Origin: Malacoraja senta
Taxonomy: Eukaryota
Length of the DNA stretch: 64,000 nucleotides
Reading direction: 5' to 3'
Assembly: GCA_038087875.1 (NCBI GenBank)
Contig: CM075993.1
Span: 7,070,001 to 7,134,000 of the forward strand
This document shows, one piece after another, positions 36,853-50,906 of the stretch; the stretch's first letter is position 1, and the number at the start of each line of letters is the position of its first letter. The notes beneath the pieces are model-generated. The model ran no database searches. It was not told where the DNA came from and worked only from the letters and a program-made list of their open reading frames with translations. Made by a program: the position numbers and the translations under genes.

Positions 36853-39246
36853 ATGGGTGACATGAAGACTCCAGATTTTGATGATCTTCTTGCTGCTTTT
36901 GACATTCCTGATCCAGATCTCGATGCCAAGGAGACTATCCAGTCAAGTAGTGAGGAATCCGAAGCTCATCTGAAACAAGCAGGGATGGGTATAGATGAGC
37001 TGTCTATCCATCAAGCCATACCTGACGTTCCAGTGGTGAGTGTCATTGTTAAGAACACCAGTCGACAAGAATCCTTTGAATCTATTACGGAGAAGGATGG
37101 CCATCAGCTCGGACCAAATCTGCTTCAAAATGGGTTTCGAAACGCTGACATTACCTCTGATTCCAATAACTACAACAAAATGGTCAGTGACTTCATCAAT
37201 GGAGATACTTCCAGAAACTACTCGAGTAAATTTGACACACCAAGGTCAGATGCCCTACCGACATTCAGTCAGTTTAGTCCCATTTCTAGCCCGGAGCCTG
37301 AAGAAGCCATGCCAAATGCTGGAATTGTGGATCATATTAAACCAGACAAAGGGCCTTACCTTGGTTCTGTCGGATTGTATATTTCTACCAATAGTTCACT
37401 GATGAACAATGCAAGAGAACAGCCTGAACAAGTTGTGACTGAGCTGAGCATGTTTGATGAATACTCCAAAAAGCGAGAGAAAGCAAATGAGATTAGAAAC
37501 TGTAAAATGAATGAAGTTTCATTGGGACAAAAGGCGAATTCAACAATGACATCTGAAGAAGAGCAAGAGAACAAGGACTTTGACAAAAGCAGTAGTTTGT
37601 TTGACAACTTGGAGTCTTCATGTAACCTGCATAATAATAGTATGGAAGAGCCAAAGACTCTTGTCAGTGCTCCGGAATTGAGCATGTGCTCCTCTGTGCC
37701 CTCTCGTCAACGTCTAAAGTCAGCGCATTCAAAACTCACCTCTTGCTTAGCAGCGTTGGTAGCTCTTAATCCCAAAAAAGTAGCAGAGTTCCCAAAGGAG
37801 GAACACAAGGAGAATTCTAAAGAACCGTTGTTGGGTTTGAAGGAGAGTGTCCGAGGCAGTCCCAAAATGGCAAAGTCGCCAAAGAGTCCGAGAAGTCCCA
37901 TGGAAGGAGTAAAGAAAATGGTGAGCAAGCAATCCGATAGCCCAAGGAGTGTATCCAGTGACTACAGCGGCAAAGGATCTCCATATGTTGCAACGGGCTC
38001 GCCGCCGGCCATCCCAAAAGTACGGATCAAAACCATTAAAACATCTTCCGGTGAAATTACCAGGACTGTGACCAGGATAATGCCAGACTCTGAACAGAGT
38101 GAGTCGAGGAGTTCACCTGAACAGTCGGTGACTGAAATGGCTTTAAGTGAGGAATTCAGTTTAAGATCTAGCCCTCTGGCCCATGCTTCATTAGCGATGG
38201 ATAATGTAAAGAGGCCATTGTTATACAATAACATGGCTAATGCTGTCACCGCACCATCTAATACATCTGTCAAGGGGACTCCTACCCTGATGTACGATGA
38301 AAACGTGAATGGCAACAGCAGCTTCAAAGCATTAGGTATAGCAAATATATCACCCGAGAGTGCGAGCAGTGCCATGTTGAAGGCAGCCAGCGTGGCCCAA
38401 CTACAGAAGCAGCTCGGGGCAAAGCAGCCGGTAAATCTCCCCAGCACGAATCTCCTACCGAAAGCGGTTCACTTGGCAAGCCTCAACTTGGTTCCACACA
38501 GCATTGCTGCCACTGCCACAGTCAGGTCCACTACTTTGCGGCAGAGCCACCACAAGATTGCCACTCAGGTAGTCACAGTGCCGCTGGTACAGCAAATCAA
38601 GAACGTGGTCCCACAGAATGATGAGTCTCCTAGTTCCGCTCAGAACGTTGTGGTTGAAGCTTTTAACAAGCTGTTAAACGGTACTAACCCTGTGCCAATC
38701 TACGCTCCAAACCTGAAGCCACCAGCAGACAGTAATGTGTCCATGCCAGCTCGTGGCTATCGCTGTTTAGAATGTGGGGATGCGTTTGCTCTGGAAAAGA
38801 GTTTATCACAGCACTATGAGCGGCGAAGTGTTCACATTGAGATGATGTGCAGCCACTGTTCCAAAGTTATTGTCTTCTTCAACAAATGCAGCTTGTTGCT
38901 GCACGCGCGGGAACACAAGGGCAAAGGTGCTGTTATGCAGTGCTCGCAGTTACAAATGAAGCCTATCCCATCCGACCAAATGTTTTCAACTACCCCAGTA
39001 ACCTCTTCTGTGACGTCAGGTACTCTTGCCCAAGATGAGACCTCTGGTGGTGGCCAGGACGATGGGAACTTGACAGTAATTGGAATGGGTAGCTCAGCTT
39101 TCAATCATCCTGCACTGCCGCTGCACTGCGATTCACTCAGATTAATACGTCATGGGTTAAAATGTCTCGAATGCGAGCAACAGTTCCAGGATTGTGCGAA
39201 TCTTGCAGGTCACTACCAGCGGGTTACAGAAGATGCAGAAACACTG
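36853..39246 (+). CDS. ZNF592: Zinc finger protein 592, first coding exon (798 codons; exon starts at 36840)
   Basis: Acceptor TTTCCTTTAAG ends 36839; MGDMKTPDFDDLLAAFDIPD...LDAKETIQ...PDVPVVSVIVKNTSRQESFE best matches ZNF592 within the ZNF532/592/687 family; C2H2 fingers; donor GTGAGT at 39247, phase 0. Confidence 0.92.
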
Positions 39247-39348
39247 GTGAGTACATTCAAACAACATTGGGGTTGCCATATCTTATTCAAGATGAATAGA
39301 ATAGGTAATGGAACCTTTGTATTGAAATGTATCAATATTTATTGTATA

Positions 39349-41237
39349 CAGTGCCCTCCATAATGCTTGGGACAAAGACCAACCATTTATTTATTTGCCT
39401 CTGTACTCCACACTGAGATTTGTAATAAAAAAAATCACATGTGGTTAAAGTGCACATTGTCAGATTTTAACAAAGGCCATTTTTATACATTTTGGTTTCA
39501 CCATGTAGAAAACACAGCTGTGTTTATACATAGTCCCACCCCCATTTCAGGGCACCACAATGTTTTGGACACAGCAATGTCATGTAAATGAAAATAGTCA
39601 TGTTTAGTATTTTGTTGCATATCCTTTGCATGCAATGACTGCTTGAAGTCTGCGATTCATGGACGTCACCAGTTGCTGGGTGTTTCTCTGGTAATGCTCT
39701 GCCAGGCTAGTTCCCTTCAGTTTCTCTTCAACATATAAATGGCATGCTCAATTGGGTTCAGATCGGGTGATTGACTTGGCCACTCAAGAATGGACCATTT
39801 TTTAACTTTGGAAATACTCCTTTAGCAGTATGTTTGGGATCATTGTCTTGCCGTAGAATGAACCGCCAGCCAATGAGTTTTGAGGCATTTGTTTGAACTT
39901 GAGCAGATAGGATGTGTCTATACACTTCAGAATTAATTATGCTACTACCATCAGCAGTTGTATAATCAATGAAGATAAGTGAGCCAGTACCTTCAGCAGC
40001 CATACATGCCCAGGCCATAACACCACCACCACCGTGTTCCACAGATGAGGTGGTATGCTTTGGACCTTGGGCAGTTCCTTCTCTCCTCCATACTTTGCTC
40101 TTGCCATCACTCTGATATAAGTTAATCTTCATCTCATCTATCCACAAGACCTTTTTCCAGAACTGTGGTCGCTCTTTTAAGTACTTCATGGCAAACTGTA
40201 ACCTGGCCATCCTATTTTTGCAGCTAACCAGTGGTTTGCATCTTGCAGTGTAGCCTCTGTATTTCTGTTCATGAAGTCTTCTGCGGACAGTGGTCATTGA
40301 CAAATCCACACCTGAAGAGTGTTTCTGATCTGTCGGACAGGTGTTTGGTTTTTTTTCTTTATTATAGAGAGAATTCTTCTGTCATCAGCTGTGGACGTCT
40401 TCCTTGGCCTGCCAGTCCCTTTGTGGTTAGTAAGCTCACCAGTGCTCTCTTCTCAATGATGTTCCAAACAGTTGATTTTGGTAAGCCTAAGATTTGGCTG
40501 ATGTCTCCAACAGTTTTACTCTTGTTTCTCAGTCTCATAATGGCTTCTTTGACTTTCATTGGCACAACTTTGGTCCTCATGTTGATAAACAGCAATAAAA
40601 GTTTCCAAAGGTGATGGAAAGACTAGAGGAAAGACTAGGTGCTGAGAGCTCTCTTATACCTGCATTAAGGAGGCAATTAAACACACCTGAGAGAGATTAG
40701 AGAGATTCCTTTATTTGTCATTCAGACCTTTCGGTCTGAACGAAATTTCGTTGCCTGCAGTCATACATATAATAATAAATGACAAAACACACAATAAACA
40801 CAAATTAACATCCACCACAGTGAGTTCACCAGGCACCTCCTCACTGTGATGGAGGCAAAAGTCTTAAAGTCTCTGTCTCTTCCCGCTTTGTTCTCCCTCT
40901 GCGCTGAGGCGATCCAGGCTTCTGATGCTGTGACCCCGCCGGGCGACGGTAAGCCAGTCCCGCGGCCGATTACAAACATGCATGAAGCCATGTGTCCCAA
41001 ACATTGTGGTGCCCTGAAATGGGGGGGAGGGGGGGGGGGGGGGGACGACTATGTATAAACACAACTGTAATTTCTACATGATGAAACCAAAATGTATAAA
41101 AATGGCCTTTACTAAAATCTGACAGTGTGCATTTTAACCACATGTGATTTTTTTTCTATTACAAATCTCCAATTGTGGAGTACAGAGGCAAATAAATAAA
41201 AGATGGGTCTTTGTCCCAAACATTATAGAGGGCACTG
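39349..41237 (-). mobile_element. Tc1 transposon (third family, decayed) with a nested insertion
   Basis: TA-CAGTGCCCTCCATAATG ... CATTATAGAGGGCACTG long TIRs; KVLWIDEMKINL, HGGGGVMAW, RQDNDPKH on the minus strand. Confidence 0.9.
40690..40968 (-). mobile_element. 3' part of a non-autonomous Rex/Babar-tailed element inserted in the Tc1
   Basis: Tail hairpin TTCAGACC-TTTC-GGTCTGAA; similarity to 56040-56200 and 2927-3100. Confidence 0.6.
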
Positions 41238-41619
41238 TGGTTGCCTTGCATCAGTCATAACTAAATGTAAAATTATTTATAATCTGTCCAGCGTCAGAGG
41301 AGGAATCGACCTCTGCTTCGGTTTTGGTACAACCTTGTGACTTTTTCAACTTCTCATTCCAGACATCTGTTGATTACTGTGAGGTTGTGCCGTGCCTAAA
41401 ATATGTGTTTCAATATGTTCATAAGCTATAGGAGAGGAATTAGGCCATTCGACCCATCAAGTCTACTCCACCATTCCCTCATGGCAAACATTCTTGTATC
41501 TACTCTGGTGCATTACATTTTTAGACTTGGGATCATTCCTATTTATGTCAAGTAATGTAGTAGTAACCTGTAACCGGCACTAATGTAGAATTAATTGTAT
41601 ACAAAATTGACTCGGTGGA

Positions 41620-43190
41620 AGGAGTCAAGGATAAAGGGGAAATCACAGTTTAAGGATAAAGGGGAAATCTTTTAGGACCGAGATGAGAAAAACATTTTTC
41701 ACACAGAGAGTGGTGAATCTCTGGAATTCTCTGCCACAGAAGGTAGTTGAGGCCAGTTCATTGGCTATATTTAAGCGGGAGTTAGATGTGGCCCTTGTGG
41801 CTAAAGGGATCAGGGGGTATGGAGAGAAGGCAGGTACAGGATACTGAGTTGGATGATCAGCCATGATCATATTGAATGGTGGTGCAGGCTCAAAGGGCCG
41901 AATGGCCTACGCCTGCACCTATTTTCTATGTTTCTATGTTTCAATGGGTGATAGTGGAGCATTGTTTTCAATTTGGACGCCTGTGATCTGTGGTGTGCTG
42001 CTGGATCGATGCTGAGTCCCCTGTTTGCCATATATTTTAACAATTTTGGATGAGAAAGAGATGGCATGATTAGTAATTTGCAGTTAGCACCAAAACTGGT
42101 GGTTTGGTGTTCAATAAAGAAGGTTGACTAAGTTGTAACAGGATCTAGATCAACAGGAAAAGCAGGTAGACAATAGACAATAGGTGCAGGAGTAGGCCAT
42201 TCGGCCCTTCGAGCCAGCACCGCCATTCAATGTGATCATGGCTGATCATCCCCAATCAGTACCCCGTTCCTGCCTTCTCCCCATATCCCCTGACTCCGCT
42301 ATCTTTAAGAGCCCCATCTAGCTCTCTCTTCAAAGTATCCAAAGAACTGGCCTCCACCGCCCTCTGAGGCAGAGAATTCCACAGACTAGATAGAGGTAGA
42401 GAATGCAAATGAAATTTAACTTGCACAAGTACAAAGTGATGCATATTGGGGAGTTCAACCTTGTAGGACATGCACTGTAAATGATATGGCCCTGGGGAAT
42501 ATTGTGGAACAGGGCGACCTATTGGTACAAATATACAATTCCCTGAAAGTGGCTTCACGGGTAGACAAGGTGGTGATGAGGTCCAATTTGCACACTTGCA
42601 TTCATCAGACAGCGCATTAAGTGCAAGAGTTGGTCATTTATGTTCTAGCTGTACTCGATGTTGATGAGACAGCACCTGGAATATTGTGTGTAGCTCTGGT
42701 CAACACACTAGAGGAAGGATGTGATTAAGCTGGAAAGGTTGCAGGAAAGATTCACAAGGATGTTAGCAGGTTCAGAGGCCTTGCATTGTAAGGAGAGATC
42801 TAATAGGCAGGGCTGTCTTCCTTGGAGCAAGGAGGCTGAGGGGTGATTTACAGAGGTTTATACATTCATGTGGGACATAGATAAGGTGGATGGACACAGT
42901 CTATTTTCCAGGATGGGGAAATCTAAAACCAAAGGGCATAGCTTTAAGATGAGAGGGGAAAGATTTAAAGGGCAGGTTTTTCCACACTGAACATAATAGA
43001 TACATGGAACGAGCTGCCAGAGGAAGTGGTGGAGGTGGGTGCAATTACAACACTTAAAAGGCATTGCGAAGGTTCATGTCCAGGAAAGGCACCAAACGCA
43101 GGCAAACGTGACCAGCTCAGTAAGACATCTTTGTGATCATCAATGAGTTTGGCCGAAGGGCCTGTTTCCATGCTCCAGAACTCTGACACT
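41620..43190 (+). mobile_element. Cluster of CR1 fragments: young 3' end 41620-41940, older copy 41945-43190, reverse insert ~42170-42390
   Basis: Repeated CR1 motifs (TTTTTCACACAGAGAGTGGTGAATCTCTGGAATTCTCTGCC; CACCTGGAATATTGTGTG) and tails. Confidence 0.75.
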
Positions 43191-44239
43191 AATTGCTTTG
43201 TATCAGATTAAATCCTTATGATCTACAGATGGAGATTTTTATACCATCATTATACGCTTGATTTCAACCAATATTCTATCGGGTCTCGAACCAAAATGTC
43301 ACTATTCTCCAGTTACTCCAGCTTTTTGTGTGTATCTTCCACAGGTAAAATGCCGATATCTAAATCTAATTAATCCATGTCATTTCAGAGAAATATGTGG
43401 TGTCTTCTGCCACTTCTGGTATGATAAGACTCGTGTTTTCAAAATGTTCCTCAAATATTTTGCCTCTCCTCATGACCATTCTCAGCCACACATTATCTCT
43501 GGTCTAAAGTGTTGACTCGAATAAGTATTTGATCCATGTGATTACAAGGAACTGCAGATGCTGGTTTATACCAAAGATGGACACAAAATGCTGGAGTAAC
43601 TCAGTGGGTCAGGCAGCATCCCTGGGGAACATGGATAGGCGATATTTTGGGTCGGAGCCCCTCCTCAAATGCCTGTCCATGTTCTCCAGGGATGGCGCCT
43701 GACTCACTGAGTTACTGCAACATTTTATGTCTATCTTAAGCATTTCTTCCAGTAAGCTTTCCTGGAATCAGTTGTGCACAATCAAATACATTAGTCAGAT
43801 CTAAAACATCTCCCTTGGCTTTGGGCTTTCTTGCTTACTAACCCTACCAAGCTAGTTCTCTGTATGACCCCGGCGTTATCTCCTGCCAAACAGTCCCATT
43901 ATTTTCTTCCTTGTCAGTGACTGTACTTCAAAAGTACGGACGGTGGTGAACGGTCCAAAGAGCTGTTGGCAGTAACTCCGCTGGCAAATGCCACTCGTGC
44001 AGCTTCTGGACTTTTGCACTGTTTTCAGACTAAGGGGTTGCCCAATTGTAACAGACGTGAGTGAATTCTTTCTGAAAGGTTGTGACTCCTTTGTATTATC
44101 TTCTCCTCGGAGATAGACTCACCATCAATCAACCATGATGTTTATTGATTGCTGGAACAGATTCCAGTATATTCTTGTGCCATTTTTTCATGTTAGATGA
44201 TGAGCAGCTCTTCTTGGGAGCAAAGAATCGATGCAAAGG

Positions 44240-45225
44240 TATAGAAACATAGGTACAGGAGTAGGCCATTCAGCCCTTCAAGCCAGCACCGCCATTCAAT
44301 ACGATCATGGCTGATCATCTAAAATCAGTACCCAGTTCCTGCTTTTCCCCCACATCCCTTGATTAATTTAGTCCTAAGAGCTAAATATAACTCTCTCTTG
44401 AAAACATCCAGTGAATTGGCCTCCACTGCCTTCTGTGGCAGAGAATTCCAGATTCACAACTCTCTGGGTGAAAAAATGTTTCCTCATCTCAGCCCTAAAT
44501 ACCCTACCTCTTATTCTTAAACTGTGACCCCTGGTTCTGGACTCCCCCAACATCGGTTACTTTCAGTAACTGATGTACAAGATCTCGTTGCACCTCCCCT
44601 TTTCCTAATCTGACACCATTCAGCTAATAATGGGACGCAGACCATCAGGTCCTGGGGATTTATCTGCCTTCAGTCCCAACAGTTTACCTAACACCATTTC
44701 CTGACTAATGTCGATTGCTCTGAGATGCTGGCTGCCTTTTTGAGGCGGTGACTCTTGCAGAGCCCTTCGATGGTGGGGAGGTCAGTACCAGTGATGGACT
44801 GGGCAGTTTTTACTACTTTTTACAATCTTCTTTGTTCCTGGCTGTTTGAGTTGCCAAACCAGGCAATTGGAGTTGCAGCCAGCCAGTAGAAGTTCAAGAG
44901 AGTATTTGTGGACACTCCGAATCTCCTCAATCTTCTAAGGAAGTAGAAGCGTTGTTGGGCTTTCTTTATGATCGCATCAATGTGCCGGGACCAGGACAGA
45001 TCTTCTGAGATAAGCATGCCCAGGAGTTTGAAGCTTTTGTCATTCTCCACCACCGTCCCGTCAATGAAGACTGGTTTGTGGATCCTTGTCCTTCCTCTTC
45101 CAAAGTCCAAGTTCCTTGGTCTCACGGACGTTGAGAGCAAGGATGTTGTTCTGGCATCATTTGGTTAGTCGATCGGTCTCCCTCCTGTATCTGATCATTG
45201 TCATCTGTAATTTGTCTAACAACAG
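44240..45225 (-). mobile_element. CR1 3' end (44240-~44700) adjacent to a Rex1/Babar fragment (~44715-45225)
   Basis: CR1 tail; FKLLGMLISEDLSWSRHIDAIIKKAQQRFYFLRRLRRFG. Confidence 0.72.
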
Positions 45226-46296
45226 TTGGTTATTATGTCAATTGCTAGCAATATATTTTCATAAATTCTGACCTGCCTTCATTCTCACTGTAGCTCTAAA
45301 TCACAATGAGTACAGGTCCACCACCGATTATGACAATAGACAATAGGTGCACGAGTAGGCCATTTGGCCCTTCGAGCCAGCACCACCATTCAATGTGATC
45401 ATGGCTGATCATTCCCAATTAGTAACCCGTTCCTGCCTTCTCCCCATATCCTCTGACTCCGCTATTTTTAAGAGCCCTATCTAGCTCTCTCTTGAAAGCA
45501 TCCAGAGAACCTGCCTCCACCGCCCTCTGAGGCAGAGAATTCCACAGACTCACCACTCTCTGTGAGAAAAAGTGTTTCCTCGTGACCGTTCCACCCTTGG
45601 TTCCAGAGCCTTACCGTATTATCCGTTTTGCCGAACCAACAGAGGTCAGGGCCTTGTGAGTGCCGAGACACCCGCCTGCAAAGTCAGCCACGAAAGTCGG
45701 CAATGGGAACAGATCTACCGGCTCCAGGGCTGGTCAGAGTTCCATAGCCCCGGCCGCAGGCGGTAAATTTGAACCACTAATCAGCTTCTGACATATCCCT
45801 CAAATCCCCAAGTATGTCAGTGTCTAGATTATCCCTCAAATCCCTAAATATATCCCTCCGACCCCCAAGTAGTTCTTCCCCATCAAGGGACATAATTAGT
45901 TCACATCTTCAGAATATTCAAAAGCAATTTGCAGACAAAGAAGATCTGATTAAATGTGGTCACAGTTCAAATCATGCAAATAATAGTCCATTTGTGGTCA
46001 ATGACTCAAAAATAAACAACAGACCAAGAACCAAATGATGTTTCTGATGAGGATGAATGAAGGGTAAAATGTTCACCATGACACACACAGAAAGTGATAG
46101 AGATCTGGCACATTGCCGGTGGCCATGGTTGCATCAGATACAATAACTGTCTCTTATATAGGCAGGGTTGATAGGGTGGCAAAATCAAATACTAAAAGGC
46201 ATAGCTTTAAGGTGAGAGGGGCAAAATTTAAAGGAGAAGTGCTTATATTTTAAACTACTTTAGTGTGGAGCACAAGGCAATTCACTGCAACCTCCA

Positions 46297-46598
46297 GGGA
46301 CGGCACAATGGCACAGCGGTAGAACTGCTGCCTTACAACGCCAGAGACCCGGGTACAATCCTGACCACGGGTGCTGTCTGTGCGGAGGGTACATGTTCTC
46401 CCTGTGACCGCACGGGTTTTCTCCGGATGCTCCGGTTTCCTCCCACGTGCCAAAGACGAACAGGTTAGTAGGTTAATTGGCTTCTGTAAATTGTACCTAG
46501 TGTGTAGGATCGGACTAATGTATGGGAGATCATTGGTCGGCGCAGACCCTGTGGGCTGAAGGGCCTGATTCCACACTTTCTCTAAAAATAAAAATAAA
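46297..46598 (+). mobile_element. HE1/V-SINE, near full length
   Basis: tRNA-like head, TCCGGTTTCCTCCCAC central domain, CR1-type tail GAAGGGCCTG. Confidence 0.85.
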
Positions 46599-48865
46599 AC
46601 TCCAGTAAAGGATTTTTTTCCAATCCATTTCATTACCAAACAAACATATTTTAATTCAGACAAACTATTAGCTTAATAATAAACTCATGACATGGAGCAT
46701 TCAGTGACTGAGAGAGCAGCAATGGGTAACTGTGACCTGCTGAGGAACAGGCCTCTGTCAGTAACTCAACAGACTCTGAGGCAGTTTTTTGGTGAGATTT
46801 GGAAATATTGTACAGAGAACCTTATGTAGGCAGACTGTTTTGAATCATTCTGCCTATATTGCCCTTTGTAATTGTGACAATCCTCAAGCTGTTTCCAAAG
46901 TACAGGTCCTCCCTGGTTTACGAATTATGGACAAATCAGTACAGACGGAGACTGTTGGGATGAATGGGAATGGATTTGCTGGTTGCTGCTGGGTTTCAGG
47001 CATCTTCTGTCAGATGGCAGCAAGGCATGCACTGCTTTCACTCTCCTCTCTCCACCCCCTCCCCCGAGCCGCCACTTTGGGGCTGGGCAGGCAGGCGTGC
47101 TCACCCACTGACTCAGTGAGACTGCTCTTCCCGTGCTGCTCACTCTCCTGTCACAGCTGGTTGTGATCCTCTCCCACGCACTGTTTATTCATTTATGACT
47201 TGGAACAATTTGTGTTGTGAACAGTTCTCAAGAACGGAGCCCTGTCTCAAACCAGGGATTGCCTGCATTTTGTTTGGCATTTTTCTATTAACATAATGCA
47301 AAATTCGCCTTTGGGAGTAAATCAGTAAATCAGAAAAAGAAAATCAATATCATGATTTGTCTGCATGTATGTGTGTGTATATACATATCAAGATATATAT
47401 TTGGTGTGTGTACATCCATATATATGTAGTGTGTGTGTATATATAATATATATATACACACACATGCACGCACACACACGCACGCACACACTCCAGAGAT
47501 GCTGCCTGACCAGTTGAGTTACTCCAACATTTTGTGTCTATGTATATATATATATATCTTGATCGTAGGTCTTGTGTGGATGCTTACAATTTACATAATT
47601 AATGTTAGTACGCTGTTACTTACACTCTCACTAAAAAATTCACACACAGATATGAATAAATACACTGCAACATTGAATGTAAGGAAAATAAAGTTCTCTT
47701 GAATAAATAGAGTACTTGGTTAGGCCTGAAAGAAGGATGCTCCCATACATTTTGCTTATGATATACAATAATCTTTTGCACCGTGTTCAATGGCAAACGT
47801 TTCCTAAACCTATACATTGGGTCTGATTCGTGAATGCAGCTGGTTTTCCCTCATCTGCACAATAATAGTTTATTTGGAACCAAGTAAGATGATTTGTGAA
47901 AATTACTTGTAAAAAAGATTGAATTGGCTGTTGTTGCTGGATTGAAGGAGGGTGAGATGTAACCTAATAGAGGTATATAAGATTATAAGGAGCATTGGTA
48001 AGATAAATGGTCACAATCATTTTCCCAGCATGGGGAGTCTAAAGGTAGGGGGTAAAGGTTTAAAGTGAAAGTAGAAAGATCTGAAGGGGATCTGAGGGGC
48101 AGGTTTTTCCACATGAATGCAGTGCTTTTATTGAACAAGCTTCTTGGGTGTGGATTACAAAACTCTTTATATATTCACAGATTTTGCATATGTAATTAGA
48201 ATCTGCATGAACATATTTAGAATTTCCAGCTGTTTCCTCATGACATGGTAGAGGTGGTTGAAGCAGGTACAGTTGCAGTGTTTGAAGATACACCTGGAAG
48301 GTTCAGGTGTATCAGAAAAGATTCAGAGGGGTATGGGCCAAATGCAGGCAAATGGGATTGGCACGGATAGGCATCTTGTTCAGCATGGACGGATTGGGTC
48401 GAAGAGACTGATTCTGTGCGAGAGAGGTAGATAACCTCAGGAAGGGTGCAGAACATAATGGCCCATTGTTGGCTGGGGAAGATGTGCTAACGAGAGGTAT
48501 ACAAGGATGCAAACAGTGGAACTCGTAGGATGACTATGGTGGGGGAGAGGAAGGGAAGAGAATGCAGGAGTTACTTGAAATTAGAGAAATCAACTTTCAT
48601 ACCGCTGGGTTGTAAACTGCCCAAGCGGAAAATTGGGTACTGATCCTCCAATTTGCGTGTGGCGTCACTTACAGTGGAGGAGGCTCGGGACAGAAAGGTC
48701 AGTGTGGGAATGGGTTGATGACCACAGGAAGGGTGGAGTCTGTAATGACCGGGGAAGACCACAGGAAGGGTGATATGACTCTGTGATATGACAATGAAGA
48801 AATGGCATGTATTTTTGCAATATTTTAAACTCTGCATTTCTTTGCTTCTCTTTTTTCTCTCCAAG

Positions 48866-49044
48866 ACGTGTCGTATCTGCCAGATGATGCTGCCCAATAA
48901 ATGTAGCTATGCTGCTCACCTCCGTATTCATACACACAAGTCCCCTTACTGCTGTCCGGAGTGCGGTGCAGTGTGTCGTTCAGCTTATTTCCAAACTCAC
49001 GTCAAGGAGAACTGCCTACACTATGCACGGACAGTAGCGTATAG
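48866..49044 (+). CDS. ZNF592: ZNF592 coding exon 2 (C2H2 fingers)
   Basis: Polypyrimidine tract plus AAG ending 48865; [34 protein letters not shown]...; donor GTCAGT at 49045; phase 0 to 2. Confidence 0.92.
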
Positions 49045-49206
49045 GTCAGTATGAAAAGGATATTCCAGCTTTCAGAAATAGCTTTTCTGAAAAATAGCAT
49101 TCAAATTACTACTCTAAAGCAATAAATACTTCAAAAATAGAAATATTAAGAAATTAAAGACAATTTTACTCCCTGCAGATAGATTTTGCTAGTAATGTTC
49201 CAAGAA

Positions 49207-49476
49207 AGGTGGCACGGTGCGATAGAGTTGCTTCCTTACAGCACCAGAGACCCAGGTTCAACCCTAACAACGGGTGCTGTTCGCCCCGTGACCACGTGGG
49301 TTTTCCCAGGGTGCTCTGGTTTCCTCCCACACTCCAAACATGTATAGGTTTGTAGGGTAATTGGCTTCCATAAAAATGATCCCTAGTGTGTCGGATAGTG
49401 CAAGTGTATGGGGATCGCTGGTCGGCAGTGGGCTGAAGGGCCTGTTTCCGGGCTGTATCTCTACACTAAATCTAAA
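49207..49476 (+). mobile_element. HE1/V-SINE
   Basis: Collinear with 53149-53463. Confidence 0.8.
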
Positions 49477-49869
49477 ATGCTAGCTCTAAAAGCTTTTCGC
49501 TGTACCTCGGTACACATGTCGATACTAATTTTACAAGCTATTTCCAGGTTTTTTTTGGTTTTACCTCAGAGATATAAATGTTGCAGTGCACTGAAAGTGT
49601 TGGAAAATTTGCTTTTCTGCTTTCTAGTACACTTTAGAACTTAGATCGCTGATGTAAAACAAAAATACACTGGAAAAAAACAGTGAAAGAGGTAGCATTT
49701 TTCTCAACTAATGTGCAACCAAGACTATTGCCCAAATCACTACATTAAGTGATACTCCTTTTATCAGTGATTGGCAGAGGTGAAAGTTAGTTGGTGTTTT
49801 GGGATCATCAGGCTCTGAATATCATTTATTTAAACAACCAGAGAAGTGTGGCATAGTGTTAAAACAGGC

Positions 49870-50160
49870 ACAGCACAATGCTGCAGCTAAATAGTGTTGC
49901 CGCCTCACGAATCCAACAACCTGGGTTCGATCCTGACCTCTGGTCCTCTCTGTGTGGAATTTGCATGTTCTCCCTGTGATCCCAAGATGTGCGCAATGGA
50001 GATAAATTGGCCACTGTAAATTGCCCTTAGTGTGTAGGTAAGGGTTAAAATCTGGGGGAGTTGATGGGAACTTGGGGGAAGAATAAAATGGGAACAGTGT
50101 AGGAACAATGTGAATGGACATTGGTGGGCTGAAGGGCCTGTTTCCATGTTGTATGATTCT
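49870..50160 (+). mobile_element. HE1/V-SINE, older diverged copy
   Basis: GGGTTCGATCCTGACC B-box region and GAAGGGCCTGTTTCC tail. Confidence 0.7.
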
Positions 50161-50906
50161 AAGTAGAATATTACTCACTGTTAATTCTTGGATGTGAATT
50201 ACACAAACTGTTAGATATTCTAGGAATTTTGCATATTCATGTAGTTGGAATCCTTATGAGCTCAATTATAATTTCCAGCTGTTTCCTCATGGCAAAGAGG
50301 TTCACCTGAAAGGCGTCATTTGGCCAAATATTCTTGACTCCTGCAAACATAGCAGACCTTTGAAAGGTGTTCAAAAGCCTTACATGGTGTTTTCAATAGT
50401 GCCATGGTGGCAACAAGGGAGACATTGTACTAGATTCTGATTATTCCACAAAGAGGCAATAACCATCATAGTGAAGTTAGAGTTTTATTTTGTTTGAATT
50501 TATGTTTAAGAAATATTTGTTCCTTTAAGATTTTCCTCCTTATTTTGCCTGTTTATTATATATAATTATATATTTTTCGCCCGAAGAGCTTGTGGGTTTT
50601 CTCCACCCATATCCCAAAGACGTGCGGGTTTGTAGGTTAATTGGTTTCTGTAAATTGTCCCTAGTGTGTAGGATGGAAGGTGATTACTGGTTGGCACGAA
50701 CTTGGAGGGCCGAAGGGCCTGTTTCCACGCTGTATCTCTCTAAACTCTATTTGAGTACAAGCCATTCTTATGATGTGTGGCTAAGCTGGGCTTTAAAGAG
50801 TTAGTGCCGTCTATTTACCAATGAAAAGTCAGGGTTTCTTTTTAACTTGAAATGGTCACAATGATTTGTACTGTTTCTTACATTTAGCTCTTTCTCCTTT
50901 GCACAG

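Noticed and set aside
36805..39363. 852-aa ORF as a complete single-exon gene
   Set aside because: The first 16 and last ~38 codons lie outside the real coding exon; the ATG at 36853 and donor at 39247 join in phase to four later zinc-finger exons
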